A stretch of DNA of 64,000 bases from a virus, in IMG/VR virus record IMGVR_UViG_3300042876_000418, positions 25,962 to 89,961 of that record. The stretch is one strand, 5' to 3'. The notes under the pieces were generated by a model. The model had not been told where the DNA came from and ran no database searches. It was given only the letters and a program-made list of their open reading frames with translations. Position numbers and translations under genes: made by a program. Shown here piece after piece: positions 8,828-19,680 of this stretch (its first letter is position 1; every line of letters begins with the position of its first letter).

Positions 8828-9658
8828 TTACACTCCAAAGAAATGCCGTGTGACTTTGAATATCCGCGCTAAAATTGCGTCGGGTAGTGCATCCGCGCAC
8901 ACAAAGGCCAGGGTGATATAACCGGAAAGGTAGTTCTTTACATCGTAGCCGCCGATCACGAAGTCTTTGTCAGGGCGATTGATCGAGGCTGGAATACTGG
9001 TCGTGTTTACGACTTTGACTCCGTTGTCGAAAACCGCTATTTCGGTTGACGGTGTAAATCTACCCGCAACAAAATGCCAACTATTGACCGCGACCGTAGT
9101 AGTGTGTACAACTTCCGTATTCCCCACGCCGGTTTCGTCAACCCTGAAAGCGGCATGAGTCAAGTGTGTCGCTGGATCCACGAAGAAATCCATGCCTAAC
9201 CCGGCTTTGTCCTCACCAATGACCGTGCCCCATTTTGATATCAGGCCCTGGTAAGTCCCATCGGCCTGAGCTGCGGTATTGCTGCACCAGCATCCAATCG
9301 TAAGGCCGTAGGTGGGGGCCGGGTACATCTCCGGTTCATCGGGCCGGTTGAACGACTGAGAGGACGCGCGGTCAAATATCCCGTACGGCAAGATGTCATT
9401 CAGAATCCCGTAGGTGGGCGCATTGCGGGCCGCCATGTGCCGTGAATGCCCGGACACGTCCGCAAGATAAGACACGCCGCCTGCGTTGAACACCTGAGAC
9501 GAAAACGGCCAAAACGCACGCAGGGCAGGCAGGAACATATACGCGCTCATGACCTCCCCAATCGACTGCCCGCCATGATCGTAGGTCCGTAATCGCCTAA
9601 TTTCCGATTCCAGATTCGTAATCCTGCGCACAGTGGTGATATCAAGCGGCTCTGGCAT
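8828..9658 (-). CDS. minor tail protein, LamG/ConA-like domain
   Basis: WHFVAGRF..IAVFDNG..FVIGG pattern; N-terminal coiled coil. Confidence 0.75.
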   Translation of the reverse strand: MPEPLDITTVRRITNLESEIRRLRTYDHGGQSIGEVMSAYMFLPALRAFWPFSSQVFNAGGVSYLADVSGHSRHMAARNAPTYGILNDILPYGIFDRASSQSFNRPDEPEMYPAPTYGLTIGCWCSNTAAQADGTYQGLISKWGTVIGEDKAGLGMDFFVDPATHLTHAAFRVDETGVGNTEVVHTTTVAVNSWHFVAGRFTPSTEIAVFDNGVKVVNTTSIPASINRPDKDFVIGGYDVKNYLSGYITLAFVCADALPDAILARIFKVTRHFFGV

Positions 9659-10770
9659 TAGAGTACCTTCTCTCCGTATAGGCGTAATGTGATCTGCTCG
9701 CCGTTGTCCTGGTCAAAGCCAATCACCAGGGTATCCAAGCGACAATTCACCGCGTATCCCTTGTACTGAGCGGTCACGAGGTCCCCATAGCGGTAATTGA
9801 TCCCATACATATAGGTTTTGGTGTCCAGCATATTACCGGACAGGATCAGCCGTGGGCGACCCTTGAAAATGATGGTATCCCCAAGATTCTGAAGCGCCAC
9901 CGAGTCCGAACTATCCCCACCGTCCACAAACGTTTCGCAACGGGCGTAGGGTGACGCTGTAGCGCGGATGGTATCCGTGACCGTCTCAATAATCCGAACG
10001 TCACCACTACCCGCGCCACCCACATAAGCGGTATTGATCTCTTCCGAGTAATCGAACAGTAATTCCGGCTGAGACAGATTCCCGTAATCGTAGCCGACAT
10101 ACACCGGGTTGGGACTGCCCGAGGTGTGATCCGTGCCCCGGTAGTAGGGGTAGGTTTTGAATATCAAGTGACCGGGCGTCGATCCCCGTTCCATATCGAA
10201 CACCACACGGATTCCTTCCTGTTCTGAATTAGACGCCAATTGTGCCACCGCGTCCCAAATATTGCGCCAGGCCAAATCCCCGAATACCGCTTCCCCATCC
10301 CCATTATCCGGATCCACGGTAATCCACAGTGAAGCATCACGCTCCGCCTCAATCGCCAGGGTTCCGTAGTTCTCGCGTATCAGCGACTTCATGATATCGC
10401 CGGCCACCCCGGCTTTTAGGGCGTAATCCGTGCCCGCCGCATACGCGATGATCCGCCGCTTCAATATGCTATTGCCGTCCTGGGCTACAATCTCCAACGT
10501 TTCCACGCCGCCCTGGTCAATCTGGTAGCGGATATACACGACAAACCACAAGGCATTTCCAACCAACTCAGAGCGCCCCCCAACCGCGCGCCATACTTCT
10601 ATTGTCCCATCCCGCCTAAAGAATCCAGGGGGATAGACTGCCGGGGGTAGACGCAAAGTCAGAGACCCGATCTGATTTTCTTGCAGGGCCAGATCGAGGG
10701 TGGAAAACTCCAAATCTCTCAGGAATATTCCGCCGGGGTTGTAGTACTTGATCGTGTATACCGCTCCCAC
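9658..10770 (-). CDS. siphovirus Gp37-like tail-tip/hub protein
   Basis: NTAYVGGAGSG..R and YGINYRYGDLVT motifs; follows the distal tail gene. Confidence 0.75.
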   Translation of the reverse strand: MGAVYTIKYYNPGGIFLRDLEFSTLDLALQENQIGSLTLRLPPAVYPPGFFRRDGTIEVWRAVGGRSELVGNALWFVVYIRYQIDQGGVETLEIVAQDGNSILKRRIIAYAAGTDYALKAGVAGDIMKSLIRENYGTLAIEAERDASLWITVDPDNGDGEAVFGDLAWRNIWDAVAQLASNSEQEGIRVVFDMERGSTPGHLIFKTYPYYRGTDHTSGSPNPVYVGYDYGNLSQPELLFDYSEEINTAYVGGAGSGDVRIIETVTDTIRATASPYARCETFVDGGDSSDSVALQNLGDTIIFKGRPRLILSGNMLDTKTYMYGINYRYGDLVTAQYKGYAVNCRLDTLVIGFDQDNGEQITLRLYGEKVL

Positions 10771-13548
10771 TTAGGGCCTCATTTGGTCAATGGAGAGATA
10801 GGATTCTTGATAGGCCACGAAGATCAATGGGACGTCAATCGTAAACGTTTTGTCTGTGTCGTAAGCGTAGGCAAGTTCGTACAGGCCATAAATTCCACTG
10901 GCGTTCACCTGGTCAATTTGAGTTATTGCGCCCGTGGTAACTGCCCCGGTTTGGGCAACCTCTAGCGTTCTTGCCGCGTCTTTGTAGATGTGAAGTACCG
11001 CCGTTGCTCCGGGCTTTGTGAATGTCGCGTATAGCCGCCCGTTATCGGTGTTATCCTGAGTAAACCCGCTCAACTCAAGCCGCTGGAATATGGCATCATC
11101 ACCGGTAATAGTCGGGAACATAGTTTCGCTCATAGAAAGAAGATTATCTCCAGGAGATAGGTAGAATATTGCGCTACTGTCTGGTGTAACGTAACTGGAT
11201 AGGTTCCCTCTAACGTTAGAAATGATAGAGAAGTTTGAGGGTCCCGTCGTTATCTTTACCAATTCGTCTTTATAAATTTCAAGATCGGTTGCATCAAACT
11301 TAGCGGAGAAGTATATTTTGGATCCGTTCGTTTGATTGATAACCGCGGTCAATCTCGGGATAGGACCCTGGATATAAATCACCGGATAAGTGATTACAGG
11401 AGAATCATTCGCTACGGTGGATGTAAGATTGGCGATATACCCATAACGAGTCCCGCCGCTGTCAACGTCCTGTCCGAAATAAACATCATTTGTATTCGGG
11501 TTCAGCCACTTCGGACCATCGTTATCAAACGAATATGTAACCGAATGGGACAATCCAGGGTGAAACTGACCACGATTATAGATCGCATAATTTGTGCCGT
11601 ATTTCGCCTCTGCTTTGATATTCATCAGAATTTCGCCAGTAGGCAAAGCAACCATTTTTGATCCAGTATAATATGGCGCGGCAAAGTCGGGCGGGTTTAG
11701 ATCAACCCATGACGCTCCATTCCACATAGAGAAATTATCCGCCGCCACTCCGCCGATTGTGGTAAAGTTTCCTCCGGCATAAAGATTACCATCTGCCCCA
11801 AATACGATTGATCTCACGGGAGCATCGGTATTACCATCACCAACAGAACTCCATACTGTACCGTTCCATTTTGCGATTGACGCAGTATTAGCCACGCCGC
11901 CAGCGCTCGTAAATGATCCCGCCACATATAGGTTTCCGATGGAATCTAGTTTCATGTCATAAACCACGCCATCTGGTATCCCGGTTCCAAGAGGAACGTA
12001 TGCCGTCCCGTTCCACCTTGCGATTCTTGTGGTATCCGCCACGCCTCCAGCTAAAGTAAAAGCGCCGGCAAGATAAATCCCGTTTCTTTCTGGAGTTTCG
12101 ACAATCGCATTCACATCCCCGTTTGTGCCTGTTCCTACCGCTATCCAGTTGGACCCATCCGTAAAAGCAATGTGAGCAGTGTTCGCGATTCCGGTAATGG
12201 CTGTAAATTTTCCACCAACAGATAGGCCACCAGAATAACTTTTAGTTATCGCTAATACGGCTCCGTTTGGAGACGTTGCGCCTACGAGCGTATAACTTGA
12301 TCCGTCCCATTTATAGAGATATGGAGCCGCCCTTCCTCCCAAGAATAAATCTCCATTCTCGTTCATAGCGAAAGCTATAGCTTGAATAGCCGCAGAAACT
12401 CCAGGACTAACAAGACTAAAAATGCCGTAGCGATTCATCTGTAGAATTTGCCCGGCTTCCGAGAAATACGCAGGTTTCACATATGACGCGGCATTCGTTT
12501 GGTCGTTTGTAATCAACGGTATGAATTGCCGAAACACAATTCCGCTCCGGTCTTGGTTGAAATTATCAAGACTGCCCTCCAGCCCCGACTCGTACGCGCA
12601 TTCAATATTCCCGGCCAGGGCCTCTTGCCCATCGCCGTCGATGACGTGATATTTCATCAGTAGGGGCTGTTGTTCCCCGAGATTGAACGGGCTGCATAGT
12701 TCGATCAATTCCGAGCGCTGTTTTTGAACTTCGCTCAACGATGTTCCCGTGATCGCCCCGGCCAGGGTAAATTGCCGGGATTGGTACACCGAACGCTGAT
12801 ACATGCCCCCGCCGTTAGCCAGGGGTAATACCGCGTTTATGATTGGGAGCATACCAAATCCTAGTACCGCCATAAGGCGGAAACCCAAATCTAAGAGTCG
12901 CATTTCTCTGCCTCCATTGCCGTTAGCAAGACGTTGAGACCTGCTGGCGTGAGATAATCCTTCCCACCAGTAGGATTGAACATAAGGTAACATCCCCGGT
13001 TCATCACCGTCGATGTAAGTCGTGACGTAGGACTTCGCTTCACTTTGGGCCGCGTCGATGTAGAACGGGTTGACCGTACCGCCCGACTTCCGGGCCACCA
13101 CGAGCGCCCCACCGGCATGACAGGTAATCACCAACCGCTGCCAGCGCCCATTACCCACCACCTCTTTGATCTGGCTGGACACGCTCCGACTACCAAAAGA
13201 GCCGGCGTACAGTTGGTACGTATCGCCGGGGTGCCCGAGCAGGTACACACTCATGGTATTCGGGACGCTTGACGATATCCCCGCCACGGTATAAGACACG
13301 CCCGCCGCGTTTCCGTTGGTCGGGGTGATCTTCAGCGAGTATATCCCGCGGTACTGATAGGTGACGGCCCGCGCTATGGTAGAGTTTTGAGCCGTCCAAC
13401 CCGTGGTGTTGCGTTCAAAACTAGGGTTGGTGATATCGTTCTGTCCGTTCTCGGGCTTGATAATCGAGAACCAGCCCTTGTCGTACTCAAGGAAATATCC
13501 GCCGATTGGATCCGGTACTGTTTGGTATGACTGTTGAGTACGATTCAT
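10771..13548 (-). CDS. distal tail protein with carbohydrate-binding and beta-propeller insertions
   Basis: NPSFE CBM-like start; repeated LYxGGxFTxAGG..IAxWNG blades; FYLSPGDN; follows the tape measure. Confidence 0.75.
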   Translation of the reverse strand: MNRTQQSYQTVPDPIGGYFLEYDKGWFSIIKPENGQNDITNPSFERNTTGWTAQNSTIARAVTYQYRGIYSLKITPTNGNAAGVSYTVAGISSSVPNTMSVYLLGHPGDTYQLYAGSFGSRSVSSQIKEVVGNGRWQRLVITCHAGGALVVARKSGGTVNPFYIDAAQSEAKSYVTTYIDGDEPGMLPYVQSYWWEGLSHASRSQRLANGNGGREMRLLDLGFRLMAVLGFGMLPIINAVLPLANGGGMYQRSVYQSRQFTLAGAITGTSLSEVQKQRSELIELCSPFNLGEQQPLLMKYHVIDGDGQEALAGNIECAYESGLEGSLDNFNQDRSGIVFRQFIPLITNDQTNAASYVKPAYFSEAGQILQMNRYGIFSLVSPGVSAAIQAIAFAMNENGDLFLGGRAAPYLYKWDGSSYTLVGATSPNGAVLAITKSYSGGLSVGGKFTAITGIANTAHIAFTDGSNWIAVGTGTNGDVNAIVETPERNGIYLAGAFTLAGGVADTTRIARWNGTAYVPLGTGIPDGVVYDMKLDSIGNLYVAGSFTSAGGVANTASIAKWNGTVWSSVGDGNTDAPVRSIVFGADGNLYAGGNFTTIGGVAADNFSMWNGASWVDLNPPDFAAPYYTGSKMVALPTGEILMNIKAEAKYGTNYAIYNRGQFHPGLSHSVTYSFDNDGPKWLNPNTNDVYFGQDVDSGGTRYGYIANLTSTVANDSPVITYPVIYIQGPIPRLTAVINQTNGSKIYFSAKFDATDLEIYKDELVKITTGPSNFSIISNVRGNLSSYVTPDSSAIFYLSPGDNLLSMSETMFPTITGDDAIFQRLELSGFTQDNTDNGRLYATFTKPGATAVLHIYKDAARTLEVAQTGAVTTGAITQIDQVNASGIYGLYELAYAYDTDKTFTIDVPLIFVAYQESYLSIDQMRP

Positions 13549-13551
13549 TGG

Positions 13552-16500
13552 TTATGCACCTAAAATTTGCATAGTCTGGAATCCCTGCCGGACGTTTTCG
13601 GCCTGCATCCGGGTTTGAAGGGTGAGGTTGTACTGATTCGTATTGATGTTTGAATACGTCTGCATCATCATACTTTGGGCTGAGGCAGGCGGGGATATAC
13701 GTTGCTGATTGGCTACGATTCCAGTGCCACTACCGCCGCCGCCCGCCGATCTTGCCCATTCAAGCGCATCTGGAAGATTGACGATATTCTTGGAGTTGTT
13801 CCCCCAAATCCAGCCCCATAGTTTTTCGAGCGCCTTGATAACATCGCCCACCCACGATGAAATGTTGTCGAATGCAGTTTTGAATGGGGATGCAATCGCG
13901 TTCCCGATTTCAATAGCCTTACCGGAGAACGAATCCCACCAACCGCTGATTTTCGTTATGATTCCATCCGGTCCATTCCAAATATTAGTTGCAAACAGTT
14001 TTATTGCATTCCAACTGTTTTGAATGGTATCGCGGATACTTTGGACCGGATTATTAGGACTGTCTACCCAACTTTGGAATGTATCCCATATCCCGGTAAT
14101 TGTGCTTGTGATCCCGTTCCAAATTGTTTCCGCGCTACCTTTTACCGCGTTCCACGCCGTTTCGAGCGCCGTTTTTACCGCGCCCCAAACCGTGCTTGCC
14201 GCAGTCTCAACCCCGTCCCACGCCGTAATGACGGCTGTTTTGATCCCGCCCCACACCGTTTCCGCCGCCGTCTTGATCCCGCCCCAGATCGTCTCAAGGG
14301 AAGTCTTGACATTACCCCAGATCGTTTCGGCGGTAGTCTTGATCCCTGTCCAAATCGAACCAATCGCATCCTTGACTCCACCTAAGATCGTTTCGGCACT
14401 ATTGCTAATGGAGTTCCATGCCGAAATAAGAGCGCTTTTTATTTCCGCCCATTTCTTATCGACTTCCGTAGCAATATCTTTCCACGCTTTGGTCACTTTA
14501 GCGTAGATACTGTTAGGCCCGGTGAAATAATCCACGGCCTTCGACTTGATTTTTTCCCAGACAGAAACGAGATTAGCTACAACTTTATTCCAGGCCGAAA
14601 CCAGCGCGGTTCTGATTTTCTCCCACGCATCGGTGATAACCTTTTTGATCGCGTCCCATGCTTTACCTGTAACTTCGTTGATTTTGTACCAGACTACAAC
14701 CAGCGTTTTCACCAGGTCAATATTTTCAGCGTCGATCCCGATCTGTTTGAACGCGGCGCGAATCGGACGCCCGAATATTTCATCGAACTTTTCCCCGATT
14801 GACTCCCCGAAAATCTTACCTAAATCGTACTTACCGGGATTCCTGAATATCTCTCCGATTACGTCACCAATACGAGAAGCAGTGTCCCGAATCCCCTGCC
14901 AGTTCTCAGACCACGCCTTGACGGAAAAAATGATCCCGCTGATGATAACGCCAATCGCGCCTAATCTCGTGAGCAGTGCGCCCGCGCCGGTAGCCCCGCC
15001 AATCGTCTGAAATACGGCACTTATTTTCGTCCCTACATTCAGGATGAACCCGATGGGCTTTGACGCTAACCATAAGATCGCAACCCACTTACCCGCTGCA
15101 ATCACATTCTCGTTGAGCGCCTTGCCCATTTCGGTCATACCATAGGTGGTCTGCCCGCCCTCGGGTAGCCCTTCGTCCTGGAAGCCGCCTTTTTTCTTTG
15201 CGCCGGGAGTCGTGGTCTTGGTCAGGATTCCCATCTCTACCAGTAAATCCAATACCCGGTAAAGTTGTTTCTCGAATTCCTTGAATACCGGGACCACATG
15301 GGTATTGAAACTATCCGCGACTGGCTGGAAGATGGTCAATAGCCGCTGCTTGAATTCGTCAATCTTATTCTGTAGACTCGTAACCGCGCCGCCGGCCTTC
15401 TCAAATGGGGCTGACGGGTTATTCTTGCCGCCTTCACCTTCGCCGGCCCCCGCGCCCTTGTACGCTTTGGTCATCTCAATCAGAGCGCTAACCAAATCTT
15501 GTTGTAATTTTACTTGCTTTTCAAGTGCATCGGCGTTTTTCTTTGCAACTTCAAGATTCTTTTCGTCCTCTTTGCGCTTGTCAACTGAGTTTTTATACGC
15601 ATCTTTAGCTGCCTTGAATTCAGCCCGTTTCGCCGCCAGTTTCGCCGGGTCCTTCTCCGTTTGAGCCAACTTGTTGTACTCGTTGACCATATCGGTGATA
15701 TTCTGCCCGGCCTCTTTTTCGGCTTCACGTGATTTTTCGAGCGCTTCCTCGGCAGCATTCACTTTCTCGGTAGCATCGGCTAATTGCAACTGTAAGCCAG
15801 CCAGCTTGCCAACTTCGCCGCCGTACTGCCCCAATTGGGCCTGGAGTTGCTTGATAAAATCATCCCCGCCGCCCCCGGACAGGGCCTTCGTCATACTGCC
15901 TGCCAGGTTCTTCCACATCGCGTCTTGACTCGCCGCGTCCCCACCCATCGCGGCAAGTGCGCTCTTGATCGTGCCGCCCAACGACGTGAATACCCCAAAA
16001 TCAGCCTGAGTCATGCCGTCAAGGTAGGCGGTCATAGTTGACGCGCCCCACTTGTCGATGTCAGGCAGTAAGTTCGGTGGTGAATGGGCCTCCAGGAAAT
16101 AACTAATCAGATCGCCAATCCCCTGCATGGATAGGGCCAGGACCGTGCCGGTGCCCTCTGCGATTCCGATGGCGAAGGACGAAATGAGGTTGAAGCCCCA
16201 TTGGGCGGCCTGCCCAATCAGTGACGCGATTCCACTGAACATCGGTCCTGAGAAGAAATTGATTAACGTATTGGCCGCCTCACCCGCGCCACCCTTGACG
16301 ATATCGAAGAATGCGCCGAACGCCGCGCCGGTACTCTCCAGCATGGGAGCTAAACGACCGCCTGTGTTGAATGCGTCTGTAATCCGCTTTGTAAAGTCGG
16401 TAATCGCCTGACCGGCCATCATTGACGCCTTGAGGAATGGGGTGCCGAGGGTCAATTGTAGATCGTTGACCACCCGCTCGTAGCTGCCCCACACCTTAGA

Positions 16501-17211
16501 CGCCGTACCTAATGACGCCTCATAGGAGCCGGCGGATTTCTTTCCCTCTTCCAATACCGCGTTCAATGTAGCCTGAGACCGCTCGGTATTGGTCAGTTGT
16601 TCGGATGATTTATTCAGGCTTTTGGCGTACTTATCGAACGCCTGCTGCATGTTGATATTCAGGCCAGCAGTGCGGAATATCTCCGTATTATAGGTCTGAA
16701 TACCGTACAGGAGTCGTTGTAGAGTCTCACTTGAGTTACTACCCGACACCTGAGCTTGATCTTGGGCCACGCGGGCTAACTGGGTGCTCTTGGCTAAATC
16801 AAGATTGTAGCGGGAAAAGTTGATAACCAGATTCGCCGCCACCCCGGCCTCGATCCCGTACTTACGGATTGAGTTGACGTTCTGGTCAACCGACTCCGCC
16901 GTGGATCCGTTTTGTGCCGCCAGATTGTAAGCGACCTGCTGCAACTGCTCAAACTTAGACGCCACGTCAAGCGAACCACCGACCAGGGCGTCAATCTTCC
17001 CCACAACTTGATCTATCGCGCGGGTCAACTGCTGCCCGAGCGCGTTGTTCAGGATCATCTGAGCAGGGGAAAGGCGGTTGTTGATCGTATTGGTAAGACT
17101 GAGCATAGACTGATTTAGGCTAAGGGTACTTTGATTAGCCGCAGTCTGCCCGCTTTGAAAGGCAGATAACCCGTCCATTACCAGTCTTACGCCTACATCA
17201 ACTAAACCCAT
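13552..17211 (-). CDS. tape measure protein
   Basis: 1219 aa, helical Ala/Gly-rich, 11-residue Trp repeats (ETIWGGIKTAA). Confidence 0.92.
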   Translation of the reverse strand: MGLVDVGVRLVMDGLSAFQSGQTAANQSTLSLNQSMLSLTNTINNRLSPAQMILNNALGQQLTRAIDQVVGKIDALVGGSLDVASKFEQLQQVAYNLAAQNGSTAESVDQNVNSIRKYGIEAGVAANLVINFSRYNLDLAKSTQLARVAQDQAQVSGSNSSETLQRLLYGIQTYNTEIFRTAGLNINMQQAFDKYAKSLNKSSEQLTNTERSQATLNAVLEEGKKSAGSYEASLGTASKVWGSYERVVNDLQLTLGTPFLKASMMAGQAITDFTKRITDAFNTGGRLAPMLESTGAAFGAFFDIVKGGAGEAANTLINFFSGPMFSGIASLIGQAAQWGFNLISSFAIGIAEGTGTVLALSMQGIGDLISYFLEAHSPPNLLPDIDKWGASTMTAYLDGMTQADFGVFTSLGGTIKSALAAMGGDAASQDAMWKNLAGSMTKALSGGGGDDFIKQLQAQLGQYGGEVGKLAGLQLQLADATEKVNAAEEALEKSREAEKEAGQNITDMVNEYNKLAQTEKDPAKLAAKRAEFKAAKDAYKNSVDKRKEDEKNLEVAKKNADALEKQVKLQQDLVSALIEMTKAYKGAGAGEGEGGKNNPSAPFEKAGGAVTSLQNKIDEFKQRLLTIFQPVADSFNTHVVPVFKEFEKQLYRVLDLLVEMGILTKTTTPGAKKKGGFQDEGLPEGGQTTYGMTEMGKALNENVIAAGKWVAILWLASKPIGFILNVGTKISAVFQTIGGATGAGALLTRLGAIGVIISGIIFSVKAWSENWQGIRDTASRIGDVIGEIFRNPGKYDLGKIFGESIGEKFDEIFGRPIRAAFKQIGIDAENIDLVKTLVVVWYKINEVTGKAWDAIKKVITDAWEKIRTALVSAWNKVVANLVSVWEKIKSKAVDYFTGPNSIYAKVTKAWKDIATEVDKKWAEIKSALISAWNSISNSAETILGGVKDAIGSIWTGIKTTAETIWGNVKTSLETIWGGIKTAAETVWGGIKTAVITAWDGVETAASTVWGAVKTALETAWNAVKGSAETIWNGITSTITGIWDTFQSWVDSPNNPVQSIRDTIQNSWNAIKLFATNIWNGPDGIITKISGWWDSFSGKAIEIGNAIASPFKTAFDNISSWVGDVIKALEKLWGWIWGNNSKNIVNLPDALEWARSAGGGGSGTGIVANQQRISPPASAQSMMMQTYSNINTNQYNLTLQTRMQAENVRQGFQTMQILGA

Positions 17212-17214
17212 AAA

Positions 17215-17463
17215 CTAACCGCCTTTCCTGCCTGCTTTGATTTTATCGTTCTGGACTTTCGCCAGTACCGCTTCTACTTGATTGTGCGATCTATAAGCCG
17301 CCACGAGCAGAGATTGGCGCTCGCCTTCCAGGGCTTCAAAGTCTTCAAGTTTGTAATTCGCCCATTGCGCCACGAATATTTTCTCCAGGATTGGGTCGTA
17401 ACTTATCCCGCTCCTGGAGACCGGGATCCCGAACACGTCTTCGCCGTGATACTCAACTCTGAA
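17215..17463 (-). CDS. tail assembly chaperone T portion (probably reached by frameshift)
   Basis: Frame open from 17469; no RBS; lies between the G chaperone and the tape measure. Confidence 0.6.
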   Translation of the reverse strand, partial: FRVEYHGEDVFGIPVSRSGISYDPILEKIFVAQWANYKLEDFEALEGERQSLLVAAYRSHNQVEAVLAKVQNDKIKAGRKGG

Positions 17464-17941
17464 ACGTGTCTAGCGCCTCTTGGGTCGCTCCCTCCGTAAC
17501 GCCAGAGCGGCGCATGATCGCTTCGATCAATTCCATCAGGTCGGAATCCGTGCCTACGCACAAATCCTTGATATAGATCGCCTTGTCGGATCCCTTCAGT
17601 TCAACCCCGATTTCCAGCATGTCCGCCCGCAGGGCTTCGATCTCCGCTTTAATTTCATCGGTGATTTCAACTACCACACCCCGCGCCACGACCAAATCCT
17701 GCAATTTTTCATTGACAAGCTCTTCATTCGCGGCAAGCGATTTGATGTAATCCGGGTGGGCACGATTCTCTTCTTGCACGACCGTGCCGTCAGGATAGGT
17801 CACGCTTTGAACGGGCGGCATTGGGATCGGGAAAGACTTCCGGATCTCTTGGGCCAGGTAGGGGGAAACTTTGCGGATAAGGACGGTCTTGCCGGTGTCC
17901 TTGAATGTGAACGGGACCAAACCAGGATTTCTTGTAGACAC
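17453..17941 (-). CDS. tail assembly chaperone G
   Basis: Between tail tube and tape measure; GAGGTGA RBS. Confidence 0.75.
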   Translation of the reverse strand: MSTRNPGLVPFTFKDTGKTVLIRKVSPYLAQEIRKSFPIPMPPVQSVTYPDGTVVQEENRAHPDYIKSLAANEELVNEKLQDLVVARGVVVEITDEIKAEIEALRADMLEIGVELKGSDKAIYIKDLCVGTDSDLMELIEAIMRRSGVTEGATQEALDTFQS

Positions 17942-17964
17942 AATCTCACCTCATCAATATGAAT

Positions 17965-17995
17965 TTTCCGGGCGGGAATGGGATTCCCCGCCCGG
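17965..17995 (-). terminator. hairpin after the tail tube gene
   Basis: CCGGGCGGGGAAT/ATTCCCGCCCGG; weak U-tract. Confidence 0.45.
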
Positions 17996-18002
17996 TTTGG
18001 AT

Positions 18003-19550
18003 TTACATCTTGACGGCGCTGCCAATTAGGAGGATACCGTCAGTGCCATTGCCAGCCAGCCCGGCCACGATAATGTTATTCGCGTCGGCTGAGGGGTCCG
18101 AGGTCACAGGGACAACCAGCCGCCCGGCCTTGTCGAAAGTGGGTAGATTGTTGATCCGGGGTGCCGAGTTGGTCCAATCCGCGCCACCGTTGAAGGTAGC
18201 GAAGATTCGCGCAGCCGGCCCGGTTGTGCTGTGGGACACATAGCCCACTTCATCGGTAGCGAAAGTAATGTCCCAGACGGTGCCGGTGCCAGAGCCTGAG
18301 AACGCCTTCTCTACCCAGGTCTTGCCACCGTTGAGGGTGTAGTACAGCTTGCCCCCGGTAGCGGTGCCAACCCAATAACGCAGATCGTCCATCACTGCTA
18401 CCGCCTGAATGGTATTTGCCGCGTCTGGTGTTGCGACTGTGGTAGACCAGGTAATGCCGCGATTGATTGACTTGATAATCGTGCCGGTAGCACCCACGGC
18501 TACCAGGGTGTTTCTCGACTCATTGCCGTCAATCCGGTACAAATCGTTGGTGGTAGCGTCACCCGCGCTCAGTACAGTAGCGCCACTCGGGACGTCGGTA
18601 ATCTTGTAGATGTACCCGCCCGCCGCGGCGATGTACGCTTCATTCGAGTTGAAGACCACGATGTCATTGCCGGATTTACCGGAAACGAACCCGGTTGAAA
18701 CTTTGGTGAATGCGCCGGGAATACCGGTATCGGTGTCAATCTCAGCGTAGAAATACGCCTCGCTGCCCAGGATCACCAGGTAATTACCAATCAGGTCGAT
18801 TGCCGTGATTACCTCAGCGGCCCCGAGTCCAGAGATGTCTACCGCGGTCCAGGTGGCCCCCTTGTTGACCGTGTAGTGTAGTTGTCCGGGCAGGCCCGGA
18901 GAACCAGCCCCGGACGGCGCGGTAATGGCATAAGCGCGATTGGTACCATCATCTTGCTCACCGCACGACCCACACGATTCACGATTGGCGTAGACCGCGT
19001 CAACAACCTCGCGGTTGACCTGAGTCGCGGCCTTCTCCCCAAAACTAATCGCGCCGATGGGGTACACCTCACTCAGGATCACCGACACCCGAGTCTCAAG
19101 CGCTTCATCCGAGTCGAACGAGGTCCGCTGCCCGGCGTCTTTGTCGGTGACTTTCGCCCCGCTGTAGATCAAGACGTAATCTGACCAGCCGCGCTGAAAA
19201 TCCGCCAGATCGCCGCAAACGCCGCTCACTTCGTAGAAGGTGAACGGGCATCCAATTTTGGTCAGAGGAAGGGGGATTGAGGCGTGTTTTTCGCGGAAAA
19301 CTAACTCCGCCTTAGCCAGATCAGCCGGGGCAATCGTGGTCCCTGCCAGATGGAAGGTTTTGGCCCGCTTGCCAGGTACCCAGATCGGGGTGATTGAGCC
19401 GGATTCCGGAATGGTCAGGCCGTTGATAGACGCATACTGACTGTTCTGCCCTGCGAATAGAACGGGGTTGTTTGGCCGGGCGGACCCAATCTGTATGTAT
19501 ACCCGCTTATTCTGTCGGGTAATCAATTCATCGTTTTTTAAGTCAGGCAT
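18003..19550 (-). CDS. major tail (tube) protein with C-terminal BNR/Asp-box propeller
   Basis: Position before the chaperones; repeats TVNKGATW, SINRGITW, TLNGGKTW, TFNGGADW. Confidence 0.7.
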   Translation of the reverse strand: MPDLKNDELITRQNKRVYIQIGSARPNNPVLFAGQNSQYASINGLTIPESGSITPIWVPGKRAKTFHLAGTTIAPADLAKAELVFREKHASIPLPLTKIGCPFTFYEVSGVCGDLADFQRGWSDYVLIYSGAKVTDKDAGQRTSFDSDEALETRVSVILSEVYPIGAISFGEKAATQVNREVVDAVYANRESCGSCGEQDDGTNRAYAITAPSGAGSPGLPGQLHYTVNKGATWTAVDISGLGAAEVITAIDLIGNYLVILGSEAYFYAEIDTDTGIPGAFTKVSTGFVSGKSGNDIVVFNSNEAYIAAAGGYIYKITDVPSGATVLSAGDATTNDLYRIDGNESRNTLVAVGATGTIIKSINRGITWSTTVATPDAANTIQAVAVMDDLRYWVGTATGGKLYYTLNGGKTWVEKAFSGSGTGTVWDITFATDEVGYVSHSTTGPAARIFATFNGGADWTNSAPRINNLPTFDKAGRLVVPVTSDPSADANNIIVAGLAGNGTDGILLIGSAVKM

Positions 19551-19657
19551 CTTGTACTCCTTATCGAAATAAAAACAGCCACTCCTAAGATTTAGGAGCG
19601 GCTGCCAAAGTCCGCCACGATTGGGATTCCAATCCGGCCTACGATTTCATTATAGCA
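19551..19657 (-). promoter_or_regulatory. late promoter plus conserved leader/attenuator (copy A)
   Basis: TGCTATAAT..TAGGCCGG-hairpin-GGCGGA-CT-TTGGC-terminator-TTTTT-RBS. Confidence 0.75.
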
Positions 19658-19680
19658 CAACTAGCAAAGCCGTTTCATAG

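Noticed and set aside
14020-14700. 33-bp periodic repeats
   Set aside because: They are the 11-residue Trp repeats of the tape measure protein, not a CRISPR array or DNA repeat element
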